From Mobula hypostoma (lineage: Eukaryota), in contig NC_086097.1 of assembly GCF_963921235.1 (NCBI RefSeq), positions 102,302,001 through 102,366,000 on the forward strand: a stretch of 64,000 nt of DNA, written 5' to 3'. The stretch's first letter is position 1; each line of letters starts with the position of its first letter. Shown here piece after piece: positions 14,320-25,602 of the stretch. The notes beneath the pieces were generated by a model, which searched no databases, had not been told where the DNA came from, and saw only the letters and a program-made list of their open reading frames with translations. The position numbers were made by a program, and so were the translations under genes.

Positions 14320-15500
14320 GATGAAGTATAGCAAAGGGATGGGAGCCTGGTGGCAGGACAACATTTCCCTATGTCAACAAAACAAAAGAATCAGTCATTG
14401 TGGAATCTGTATCAATGTAGAGGTCATTTAAGAGCTTCAATTTCTTTGGTGTAAACATGAATAACAGCTTGAACTTGAGTACCCAGGACACCTTCAAGGA
14501 GTGGTGTCTCAGAAAGGCAGGGCCCATTATTAAAGACCTCCAGCCCACAGGGCATGTCCTTTTCTCACTGTTACCATCAGGTAGGAGGTACAGAAGCCTG
14601 AAGGCACACACTCAGTGATTCAGGAACAGCTTCTTCCCCTCTGCCGTCTGATTCCTGAATGGACATTGAATCCGTGGACACTACCTCACTTTTTCATATT
14701 ATTTGTTTTTGCATGATTTTTAATCTATGTACATATACAGTAATTGATTTACTTGTTTATTTTATTTTGTTTTTTTCTTCTATATTATGTATTGCATTGA
14801 ACTGCTGCTGCTAAGTTAACAAATTTCACATCACGTGCCAGTGATAATAAACCCGATTCTGATTTTGATTCAACCAGATCGGCACCCTGACCAAGAAAGC
14901 TCACCAGTGCCTCTACTTTGTCAAAAAATTCATACGTCCCCATGATTCACCAATTTTAATTTAATGCACTACAGAAAACATCTTAACTGGATGCATCACA
15001 GATTAATATAGTATTTGCTTTGTCTAAGGCAGCAAGAATTTGCAGAGAGTTTTGGCCACAGCTCAGTCCATAATGGAAATCAGCCCCTGCACCATGGAAT
15101 CTGTCTACACTTCTCGCTGCCTCAGAAAAGCAGCCAACATAATCAATGCTGCTGCCCCCCCCCACCCCCCACCCACACCAAGCCTGGATATTCTCCCTTC
15201 TTCCATTTGGAAGAAGGTAAATATTTAGAAAAATGTACCCTCAGGCTCAAATTAGCTTCTGGGAAAAAAAAGTATTGTATGGACCTTTTGCACCATAAAC
15301 TCCTGACCTTGCAGTCTATCTTGGCATGGCTCTTGCACCTTATTGTCTGTCTGAACTGCACTTTCTTTGTAGCTGTAATACTATTCTGTTATCATTTTTC
15401 CCCTTGTACTACCTCGATGTACTTGTGTTGTGAAATAATCTGTCTGAATAGCATGCTAATTGGTTTTTCACTTCGTCAGTACATGTGACAATAAAACCAA
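14320..15500 (+). mobile_element. Two Rex1/Babar-like LINE 3' fragments
   Basis: LPSGRRYRSLK/RNSFFP-type 3' end (CCATCAGGTAGGAGGTACAGAAGCCTGAAGGCACACAC, also found at ~39230), then KKAHQCLYF and SRCLRKAANII fragments. Confidence 0.7.
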
Positions 15501-15994
15501 TTACAACTTTGATGCATGTGGGATTCATTCCATCATATTCCCATTCTGACTGTTTCTGACAGCATTCTGTTTTCAGTCTTTACCAGCCATTAGCTGTATA
15601 ATAGGAGAACATTAAAACTGGAAACAGTGGTTCTCCTCCTCCCCCCCCCCCACCTACATGATCTCTCTCCATAGCACCCATTGAGCTGATATTTTGCACT
15701 GAATGACAATGTGTAAATTAGATAAACTCCTTGGGGCTAAAGGTTTATTCAATAGGTTGCCAGTGGAGTTGACAAAATAGCTATTCATGAGAATGTTACT
15801 CAGAAGCTGAAAGAAATGAGGAAGGGATGCCACAGCGGCAGAGTCAGTTTACCGTGTGTCAACAAGCACAACTGAAACTGAATTCTGAGAAAATGTAGTG
15901 TAGCGATGCAGAGAACAGCAGAGCTGATAACCCTGTATCAGAGGAGGCTATGTTTCTCCCATTTCTGTTTTGAGTATCCACAGTATTGGTTTAT

Positions 15995-16213
15995 TTAGAG
16001 CTATGGCACAATAACCGGCCCTCTGGCTCAACAAGCCTAGTCTGCCCAGTTACACCATATAATCAATTAACCCACCAACCTGTACCTCCGGGCTTCAAAG
16101 TGTGTGAGGCAACTGGAGGGGCCAGAGGAACACCATGCGGTCATGGGGAGAACATAGAAACTCCTTGCAGATACTGTAGTGGTGGAAATGAGCCCAAGTC
16201 GCACGCACTGTAA
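15995..16213 (-). mobile_element. V-SINE/HE1-like SINE, split by the Penelope insertion (remainder at ~20016-20045)
   Basis: CATGGGGAGAACATAGAAACTCCTTGCAGA (V-domain-like) followed by an antisense tRNA head that resumes after 20015 (CTGTAATACTGGTACACTAACC). Confidence 0.6.
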
Positions 16214-16309
16214 ACAACAGGAATTCTGCAGATGCTGGAAATTCAAGCAACACACATAAAAGTTGCTGGTGAACGCAGCAGGCCAGGCAGCATCTGTAGG
16301 AAGAGGTAC

Positions 16310-16345
16310 AGTCGACGTTTCAGGCCGAGACCCTTCGTCAGGACT
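16310..16345 (-). ncRNA. Minimal type I hammerhead ribozyme (Penelope pLTR)
   Basis: AGTC-CTGACGA-AGGGTCTCGGCCT-GAAA-CGTC-GACT: stem I AGTC/GACT, intact core, stem II, palindromic ACGT stem III, GUC cleavage triplet. Confidence 0.8.
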
Positions 16346-16994
16346 AACTGAAGGAAGAGTGAGTAAGGGATTTGAAAGTTGGAGGGGGAGGGGGAGATCC
16401 AAAATGATAGGAGAAGACGTCCCCATACCTCCAAATGATTGGAGGGGGAGGGATGGAGCCAAGAGCTGGACAGGTGATAGGCAAAAGGGATATGAGAGGA
16501 TCATGGGACAGGAGGTCCGGGAAGAAAGACAAGGGGTGGGGGGGGCACCCAGAGGATGGGCAAGGGGTATATTCAGAGGGACAGAGGGAGAAAAAGGAGA
16601 GTGAGAGAAAGAATGTGTGTATAAAAATAAGTAATAGATGGGGTACGAGGGGGAGGTGGGGCCTTAGCGGAAGTTAGAGAAGTCGATGTTCATGCCATCA
16701 GGTTGGAGGCTACCCAGACGGAATATAAGGTGTTGTTCCTCCAACCTGAGTGTGGCTTCATCTTTACAGTAGAGGAGGCCGTGGATAGACATGTCAGAAT
16801 GGGAATGGGATGTGGAATTTAAATATGTGGCCACTGGGAGATCCTGCTTTCTCTGGCATGAAACTAGCAGGCATGAACTTCAGATTGCCTCTGCCATTGA
16901 TCTCGCTGGCTCCAACACCTCAGGGCATATTCAAAACCCGGACTCCAGCAACGACCATGGACACATTCAAAGCGATTGCGCAACCACCAACTGA

Positions 16995-17434
16995 GACTCC
17001 AGCCTTGAACTCCAGGCCGGGTCTTTATGTGCTGCTATTGTGACTCCCGTCTCCCCTTCCCCCACCACCACTCTCCAATCCTGTCTCTCTCAGATCCCAC
17101 CGTCAGCTCCTGGGCCCTCAGAGGCTCCATCTTCCTCTCACCCCAACCGTCCCCTCTCCACTGACACCCCCAGCCTCCCCCCCTCCCCCCTCTGATCCGA
17201 GCTCTCAAGATTCCAGCCTTGAACTCCAGGCTGGGTCTTTATGTGCTGCTATTGTGACTCTCGTCTCCCCTTCCCCCACCAATACTCTGCAATCCCATCT
17301 CCTTCAGATCCCATCGTCAGCTCCTGGGTCCTCAGAGGCTCCATCTTCCTCTCACCCCAACCCTCCCCTCTCCATTGACACCCCCAGCCTCCCCCCTCCC
17401 CCCTCCCCCCTCTCCCCTATGATCCCAGCTCTCA
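16995..17434 (+). repeat. ~214-bp tandem duplication inside the Penelope 5' region
   Basis: Two units starting GA(C/T)TCCAGCCTTGAACTCCAGGC at 16995 and 17209, colinear with scattered substitutions. Confidence 0.85.
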
Positions 17435-19905
17435 TCCGTGCCGGGTTTTTACCATCCCCTCCGACCTTCAACTGTCGGAGGCAGAGCGCTCTGTTTGTCC
17501 CCCTTCGCCCACACCTCAGCAAGTTCCGTGTTCGCCATGATGCGGAACTTTTCTTCCGCCGTCTCCGTCTCTGAGCCTACTTCTTCGGCAAGGACTCTTC
17601 CACCCCCACCGATGACCCCTTCTCCCATCTTCAACCCTCCTCTTCTTCATGGACACCCCGCTCTGGTTTTCTGCCTGCTCTGGATCTCTTTATCGCTAAC
17701 TGCCGACGGGACATCAACCTTCTCGACTTCACTGCACCTTGTCCCCATCCCAACCTCACTCCTTCAGAACGCTCTGCTCTCCACTCCCTCCGCACTAATC
17801 CTAGCCTTATTATTAAACCCGCCGATAAGGAGGGTGCTGTTGTAGTCTGGCGTACTGACCTCTACCTTGCCAAGGCACAGCGACAACTCGCGGATACCTC
17901 CTCTTATTTACCCCTCGATCGTGACCCCACTAAGGAGCACCAGGCCATTGTCTCCCACACCATCACCGACTTTATCCGCTCAGGGGATCTCCCATCCACT
18001 GCTACCAACCTTATAGTTCCCACACCTCGCACTTCCCGTTTCTACCTCCTACCCAAGATCCACAAACCTGCCTGTCCTGGCCGACCTATTGTCTCAGCTT
18101 GCTCCTGCCCCACCGAACTCATTTCTGCATACCTCGACACGGTTTTATCCCCCCTTGTTCAATCCCTTCCTACCTATGTTCGTGACACTTCTCACGCTCT
18201 TAAACTTTTCGATGATTTTAAGTTCCCTGGCCCCCACCGCTTTATTTTCACCATGGATGTCCAGTCCCCATATACTTCCATCCCCCATCAGGAAGGTCTC
18301 AAAGCTCTACGCTTTTTGGATTCCAGACCTAATCAGTTCCCCTCTACCACCACTCTGCTCCGTCTAGCGGAATTAGTCCTTACTCTTAATAATTTCTCCT
18401 TTGGCTCCTCCCACTTCCTCCAAACTAAAGGTGAAGCTATGGGCACCCGTATGGGTCCCAGCTATGCCTGCCTTTTTGTTGGCTTTGTGGAACAATCTAT
18501 GTTCCATGCCTATTCTGGTATCTGTCCCCCACTTTTCCTTCGCTACATCGACGACTGCATTAGCGCTGCTTCCTGCACGCATGCAGAGCTCGTTGACTTT
18601 ATTAACTTTGCCTCCAACTTTCACCCTGCCCTCAAGTTTACCTGGTCCATTTCTGACACCTCCCTCCCCTTTCTAGATCTTTCTGTCTCTGTCTCTGGAG
18701 ACAGCTTATCCACTGATGTCTACTATAAGCCTACTGACTCTCACAGCTATCGGGACTATTCCTCTTCTCGCCCTGTCTCTTGCAAAAATGCCATCCCCTT
18801 CTCGCAATTCCTCCATCTCCACCACATTTGCTCTCAGGATGAGGCTTTTCATTCTAGGATGAGAGAGATGTATTCCTTTTTTAAAGAAAGGGGCTTCTCT
18901 TCCTCCACTATCAACTCTGCTCTTAAACGCATCTCCCCCATTTCATGTACATCTGCTCTCACTCCATCCTCCCACCACCCCACTAGGAATAGGGTTCCCC
19001 TGGTCCTCACCTACCACCCCACCAGCCTCCGGGTCCAACATATTATTCTCCGTAACTTCTGCCACCTCCAACGGGATCCCACCACTAAGCACATCTTTCC
19101 CTCCCCCCCCCCGCATTCCGCAGGGATCGCTCCCTACGCGACTCCCTTGTCCATTCGTCCCCCCCATCCCTCCCCACTAATCTCCCTCCGGCACTTATCT
19201 GTGTAAGCGGAACAAGAGCTACACATGCCCTTACACTTCCTCCCTTACCACCATTCAGGGCCCCAAACAGTCCTTCCAGGTGAGGCAACACTTCACCTGT
19301 GAGTCGACTGGGGTGATATACTGCGTTCGGTGCTCCCGATGTGGCCTTTTATATATTGGCGAGACCCGACGCAGACTGGGAGACCGCTTTGCTGAACACC
19401 TACGCTCTGTCCGCCAGAGAAAGCAGGATCTCCCAGTGGCCACACATTTTAATTCCACATCCCATTCCCATTCTGACATGTCTATCCACTGCCTGCTCTA
19501 CTGTAAAGATGAAGCCACACTCGGGTTGGAGGAACAACACCTTATATTCCGTCTGGGTAGCCTCCAACCTGATGGCATGAACATCAACTTCTCTAACTTC
19601 CGCTAAGGCCCCACCTCCCCCTCGTACCCCATCTGTTACTTATTTTTATACACACATTCTTTCTCTCACTCTGCTTTTGCTCCCTCTGTCCCTCTGAATA
19701 TACCCCTTGACCATTCTCTGGGTTCCCCCCCCCCGCCCCTTGTCTTTCTTCCCGGACCTCCTGTCTCATGATCCTCTCGTATCCCTTTTGCCTATCACCT
19801 GTTGAGCTCCTGGCTCCATCCCTCCCCCTCCTGTCTTCTCCTATCATTTTGGAACTCCCCCTCCCCCTCCAACTTTCAAATCCCTTACTCACTCTTCCTT
19901 CAGTT

Positions 19906-19941
19906 AGTCCTGACAAAGGGTCTCGGCCTGAAACGTCGACT
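19906..19941 (+). ncRNA. Hammerhead ribozyme motif with mutated core (CTGACAA)
   Basis: Same sequence as the copy at 16310-16345 except core G8>A at 19915. Confidence 0.65.
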
Positions 19942-20094
19942 GCACCTCTTCCTACAGATGCTGCCTGGCCTGCTGCGTTCACCAGCAACTTTTATGTGTG
20001 TCGCAGGCACTGTAATACTGGTACACTAACCAGAATGCAACCAGAAGTGTAACTTTGGTAGGTAGGATGGGAGTTGTCTGTTCATGGAGACAGT

Positions 20095-20215
20095 GCAGAA
20101 ACTGACCCTTCAGTTTGGGATGAAACCAGAGTACCTGGGGAACCACCCCACAGGGAGAATGTGCAGGCTGCACACAGACAGCACCACAGGTGAAGACTGA
20201 GGCAGTGGCTTTATT
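20095..20215 (-). mobile_element. V-SINE fragment
   Basis: GAAACCAGAGTACCTGGGGAACCACCC...CAGGGAGAATGTGCAGGCTGCACACAGACAG, the antisense V-SINE central domain. Confidence 0.6.
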
Positions 20216-20567
20216 AGCTACATTACTCTGGGTTTGCACCAAGCTGTTCTTAGTTAAAATAGTAATTAATGTAATTGTTCTTCATGGGGGATAATTACAA
20301 ATTAACTCCATGGTATCAGATTATGTCTGCTTGGCTGTGCTTCAGGAGCAAACAAATACTTGGCCTGTGCATCAGCAATGTGAAATTGTTACAATGATGC
20401 TTTCGGTTATCAGCCAGTAAGTAAGTTGGCATTGTGAATAGTAACGGCTGCAGGAATGGGGAGAGATTTCTTTTTGCTGCAGTGCAAAATTGGGTTTGGG
20501 TCAACGTACACTGGTAGTAGGTCTTTAAAGGTGTTTGTAGTTTTCACCAGTGCTTTTGTTCCGGCAG

Positions 20568-20607
20568 GTTTGTGAGACGGTGGTGAAAGGACTGGAAAAC
20601 ATTGGAG
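20568..20607 (+). CDS. PTGR2: PTGR2 short coding exon
   Basis: ccggcAG|GTT TGT GAG...ATT GGA G|GTaagg, 40 nt. Encodes VCETVVKGLENIG (PTGR2 ETVxxGLENxG motif). Confidence 0.92.
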
Positions 20608-21249
20608 GTAAGGGGTGGTTGGCTTTGTGTCATCCTTTGTTAATGGTGCTTGTTCCCCACTTCCCTTTTCAATTGAGTTTTGTGTGCTACGCACCTTACA
20701 GTGACTTGTTCTTCAGCTTATGTAGGAGCAGGTGTCCAAAGCTGTCCAGTTTGCAAGATCAATTTAAATCATTCATACATTTTCAGTCTTTTATTAACAT
20801 TACAGTAGACTAGCAGCTAAGATCAGAATACTGTATGTGGGCAAGTAGCAGAATGGCAGGAAGCTGGTCAGAAGCAAGCGGGTCAAAGTAGATGGTCAGA
20901 CTAGGAAAAGTTCGAAAGCGATGTCCCGTGAGGAATACCACTATTTCTGTTTGGATTCTGGAATGCAATTTCAATTCTTATGGGCATCACTAAGTGTCTG
21001 TGGTTAATCATGTATTGTAATGTGAGGATGTTAATAAACGTGTACCACGAGAAGGCAATGCGATCTTCATTATCAGTAAGATTTCAGTTGCTGCAGTAAT
21101 TTAAGAATTTAGCACTACAAATCCAAAAATTAGTAAGCATACATCATGAGTTAGTAAAGCCACAATTGCAAGTAGCTCATTTCTGGTAGAATAGAATTCA
21201 GAAATGGGGAAGTTGTATCCAACACAAGGTCATACTTGAGATGCCATCA

Positions 21250-21955
21250 AATATGGATCACTTGTTTCACAGGAGTCACCTTTTAGCAGATAGACATTAA
21301 GCAATAAAATTCATCATCATTTCAATTCAACAGCTTGGCTTTTGGTCAACAGAAACAAAATGTTTGAAAATCAAGATCTTGATCTCTGCTCAACTTGTGG
21401 TCTGCCAGCAGCAGTAATCCCTGCCCTGACACGGTCTCTCTACAGTTGGCACATCATTGTATTGAAAAGATTGCTCAATAGCCTCTGCGAGAACAAGTGA
21501 ACCAATGTTAGCATCCTCTCCCATACCAACAGTGAGGCTCTAATCGCAATCAGTTAGATGCTTTGCGCAGGCAACTTCATTATCATGGCCTAGAAACGCT
21601 GCTGTTTGGAGCTCTCACAGGAAGAGTCTACCAGGTAAATTGGGAAAAAGTTCAAGGATGTAGTCATTTTCCTTGAAATGGAACATTCCCATTGCTGATT
21701 CTTGGCCCTTGACCACGTGAAAGAAAGAGCATTTTTGAGAATCACACATCCACATATTGGGAGAACAGGGAAGCTTAGCACAATCGAGGGAAAGGACGCA
21801 GCACTTCTCAAGCAGCCTGTCGGGCAGCTCCTATCCCTCCTGTAAAGAAACATCTGCAGTTCCCACAATGGCTTCATCAATTACCTCAAAACACTCAACT
21901 GGTGTGGAAGTAAATCTGTTTTGATCCTCCAGATACTGCCTCAGAAAAAGAAAAG
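21250..21955 (+). mobile_element. Decayed RTE/BovB-like LINE 3' portion
   Basis: Degenerate TNVSIL...EALI, LLFGELSQ, KKFKDV and terminal C..SHNGFINYLKT Zn-finger-like segments, then a purine tail. Confidence 0.55.
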
Positions 21956-22724
21956 GACCCTGCATTACCTTGAGGCCTACATACCAAAAAATAGACTGCA
22001 ACAATTGACTTATAAGGATGATGGTTGTATCAATTCTACTTTTGGGAATTTTTCAACAGGGTCTGCACTTTTTCTCTTAGAGAAAACAGTTGAGAATAAA
22101 CCTCATAGGCCTGTGGTTTTGAAAGGGTTTGCAAGTATGGATGTGGGAAAGAGATTCCATGTAGAATCCAAAACTGTGAACCAATAATGCAAGATGACCA
22201 CTTACAATTTCAGTAAAAGAAAACTATCCATGAGTTTTCTTTTTATTGTTGAACTTATTACCATTGGGAATGACTGAGATGAAAAGCAGAGATCGATTTA
22301 TGGAGGAACTGGATTTAACACATAAGGAAGAATAAAATGGAATGACAAGCATTTATTGAAAAGCTTCCTCCCATCCTTTCTTCCTTTAATCTTGGGCAGA
22401 CCGTGATACATTTGGTAGGGACAATAAATTCTTAGTGTTATGCATTATAGCAGAATGCTGAGTTAGTATTCTACCAGAAATGAGTTCCTGTATATACTTG
22501 CAGTTGCGGCTCTGCTTTGCTTTTATGTACTTTTCCATAAGCTAACCTTCTTTGCCTTGTCACAATCTTATTTTTTCTGATTCTATTCAAAGTATTGCAA
22601 CAGCATATCATGGAAACTGCACTGAATTAAAAGCATTGCGAGCTGTTTCTGAAAATAACTATTGGGAATTCTCCATTTATTCCTGAGCTGGCGATTTTTA
22701 AAAGTCTCAATTCTTCTCTTACAG

Positions 22725-22792
22725 CTGCCTTTGAGTCGATGATGAAAGGAGGCAATATTGGGAAGCAGCTTGTCCTGGTCTCTGAGGGGTGA
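22725..22792 (+). CDS. PTGR2: PTGR2 last coding exon (to stop)
   Basis: ctcttacAG|CT GCC TTT GAG...GGG TGA. Encodes (A)AFESMMKGGNIGKQLVLVSEG*; phase 1 matches the previous exon. Confidence 0.94.
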
Positions 22793-23013
22793 GGGGTAAT
22801 GAGGCGAAGTGTCCACTCTTCCTGAGCATTGTTGCTACAGTTTTACTGGCTCTGCTATGCTGAGCCAGCCTGTAGATGTTGCTTCTCTTGCCTTTACCTT
22901 TCAGATGGAGAGAGGAATGTTATGAAGGATTGCCAACTGAGGCTTTAGCATATTACTAATCAATTTGTCTAGACATTTTATATAAATCATGTCAATTTAA
23001 TTCATGTTCAAAT

Positions 23014-23019
23014 AATAAA
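23014..23019 (+). terminator. Candidate polyadenylation signal of PTGR2
   Basis: First AATAAA ~220 nt after the stop codon, with a T-rich tract downstream (ttttgtcctttttatttg). Confidence 0.55.
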
Positions 23020-24336
23020 TCCTAAGATTTTGCTCATTTAAAACTAAACTGTTAAGATTTTGTCCTTTTTATTTGAACATGGCACTTGGGTTGCAGAGCC
23101 TTGTGTTTGCAGGGCTGATCATTTCCATCTACTCATATGAAAGGGCTCAGCAATTCTTCCTACCACTAAATCTTGATCTGACTAACCTCTGGCCTAGAAC
23201 TCATTAAATCCAATTGATACAAATCATATTATTACCTCTGCTTCCTGACCAGAATGACTCTTACTCAAAGTTCAAAGTACATTTATTATCAAAGTATATA
23301 TAAATTATATGACCTTGAAATTCACAGCCTAAAGAAATTCACTTACTTACAGGCAGCTACAAAGCAAGAAACTCGAGAGAACCCATTTTTTTAAAAAAAA
23401 AGGACCAACACCCAATGTACGGAGAGATTTTTTTTTAAAGTAACATAAATTGTGCAAACTGTAAAAGCAAGCAACAGCATTGAGAACCAGACTGAGTCCG
23501 TAGACCCTGAGCAGCTGGAGTTCCCATAGCCTCGGTCTCAGTTTATCACTGAGCAGGGAAAGTCACTGAGCTGCCTGAGCAGTCTCAGAGACTCAGTGTC
23601 ATGGAGAGAGGAGTAAACATCAGAGAGCAGTGAGCAGAACCAGCCCAATCCTCACCTCCGCTTCCAACAGCCTGCCTTATCAGTCTGTCTGGGCCGGCAT
23701 TGAAATTGTCTCAACACTGGGTCATCCCCTTCACGGTGCAATGTTATGTCCTGGGCCTGGACCCCGCTGCCCAACTCGTGGCCACCACCCCATTCTGGTC
23801 CGTGCTTGGCCTTTCCAAATCGGCTCGGTGCTTAGGTTTATCCAAATTTGCTCCCGGTTTAAGTGGATGGGCTCCGAAACTCCTCCGCTCCAACTCCGTC
23901 TCTCCACCTACTTCTCCTCAAAAATGCCACACTCTGACTTTGCTTTGCACCTGTACGCCTTGACCCTCGAGTCAACCTCACCTTTGCTCACCTCTTCATT
24001 GTTTACCACAACTTGCCATGTTAAAAGTGTGATCAATGAAATATTTAGTTGTGATTTGTGCCTTTTGAGCCACCAGTAAGCTGTCACCCAACTTCAGTAG
24101 CACCACCTTAAATCAGAAGCAAATCAAATTTGAGATTTCTTCCCTTTCTTCCCCCCATATGTTGCCTCTTTCATGCCTGTAACCTGCAGATTTCTGCAAT
24201 TAGGAATAGCTCTGCATCCCTTCTAATTGATGGCCATGTCTAGTCATCTAGAACCAAAATTCTTTAAAACTTTCCCTCATTACTTAGTATTTAAAATGTA
24301 CATCTGATGAAACCTTTGGTTACTTGTCTCGATACT

Positions 24337-24437
24337 AAACACAAAATAATCTGCAGATGCTGGGGTCAAAGCAACACTCACAACACGCTGGAGGAACTCA
24401 GCAGGTCGGGCAGCATCCGTAGAAACGATCAGTCAAC
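24337..24437 (-). mobile_element. ~100-bp solo Penelope pLTR-end insertion with 11-bp TSD
   Basis: Flanked by GTCTCGATACT at 24326-24336 and 24438-24448; body contains CTGCAGATGCTGG...GGAGGAACTCAGCAGGTC. Confidence 0.8.
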
Positions 24438-25279
24438 GTCTCGATACTTCCCTGAGCTTCATATTACTTTTTGTTTAGTTGCTGTCTGTTAGACTGGTCA
24501 TTGCATCGTAAGAGTACAAGCTATTAGATCCTTCTAGAATTTTCTCTTAATTTCAAATTTACAACATTGATGTGTTATATTTTTACTGTTTTTCATTTGT
24601 ATTGGAGGAGGTCCGTCAAAAATGGTGCTGCTGCTTTTAGCTTGGAAATCAGATCTTCAGTGTGCTTCTAAACATGGGAACAGGAGTTGGTAATAGAACC
24701 CCAAATCTGCATCACGTGGTTCTGAAGTATTGTCTGGGTCTGAGAACTCGGGTTGTACAGATGACCTTCATTCATTCACTCATTCTTGCAGTGTGGATGT
24801 TACTGAGAGAGTAGCAGTGAACCTCACCCTCGTGTTTTAAGTCCCTTCAGATATTTGGGTTGGGATTCGTATGAGTGTCACCAGTGGTTTTCTATCCTAC
24901 AATGTTAGAGAAGTAAAAGCTTTTACTGACAATTTAAAATCTCCAAGATTGTTGTAATGATATGAGCTTGTTTAATAACAAATCAGATTTTGAACAAAAT
25001 ATGCATTTGTATTCTTGGGTATGTTTTGATCCACAAACTGCTCAGCATATGACTGCAAGAAACTGCAAAGTGTTCTGTATCAAGGAAATAAAACTCCCCT
25101 CTATGGATTCTGTCTATACTTCTCAATACACTGTAACGATTTGATCTGTATGCAGGGCAAGCTTTTCACTGTATCTCTATACACGTGACAATTATAAACC
25201 AATTCCTATTCTAATGTGTTGTATTCCAGAAGTGAAGCTAGTGTGGCTGCTCTTAAGCTGGAAGCAGCACTTGATCAAG

Positions 25280-25602
25280 TGTGGCAACAAGGAATTGCAG
25301 TAAAACTGAAGTCTAAGGGAAAATGGTTAGTTATGTCTTACAAAAGAAAAGGTTGATAAGGATGCAACGTTGGTGGCCTTATAAGGCATTGGTCTGATCG
25401 CACTTGAATATTATGAGCAGTTTTGGGCCCCTTATCTGAGAAAGGATTACTGGCATTGATCCCAGGAGAGGTTAATGTACGATAGCTCTGGCCTGGATTC
25501 GCTAGAGTTTAGAAGACTGAGGGGGATCTCATTGAAACCTATAAAAATGTTGAAAGGGCTAGAGAGAATGGATGTGTACGAGATGCTTCCAATAGTGGGA
25601 GA
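25280..25602 (+). mobile_element. Old CR1 fragment, host of the Gypsy insertion (continues 35186-35282)
   Basis: HLEYYEQFWAPYLRK, RGDLIETY...FPIVG, resuming after the 3' LTR as CTAGGACCGGGGGGCACAGGCTCAGAA...RRNFFSQRV. Confidence 0.75.

Larger units (their letters stand above)
16214..19999 (+). mobile_element. Penelope-like retroelement (RT + GIY-YIG) with inverted pseudo-LTR
   Basis: RT motifs MDVQSPYTSIPH, GEAMGTRMGPSYA, RYIDD, LPFLD, YYKPTDSH (18253-19206). GIY-YIG VIYCVRCSRCGLLYIGETRRRLGDRFAEH...VATHFN (19280-19606). 16250-16857 is the reverse complement of 19413-20001. 16-bp TSD. Confidence 0.95.
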
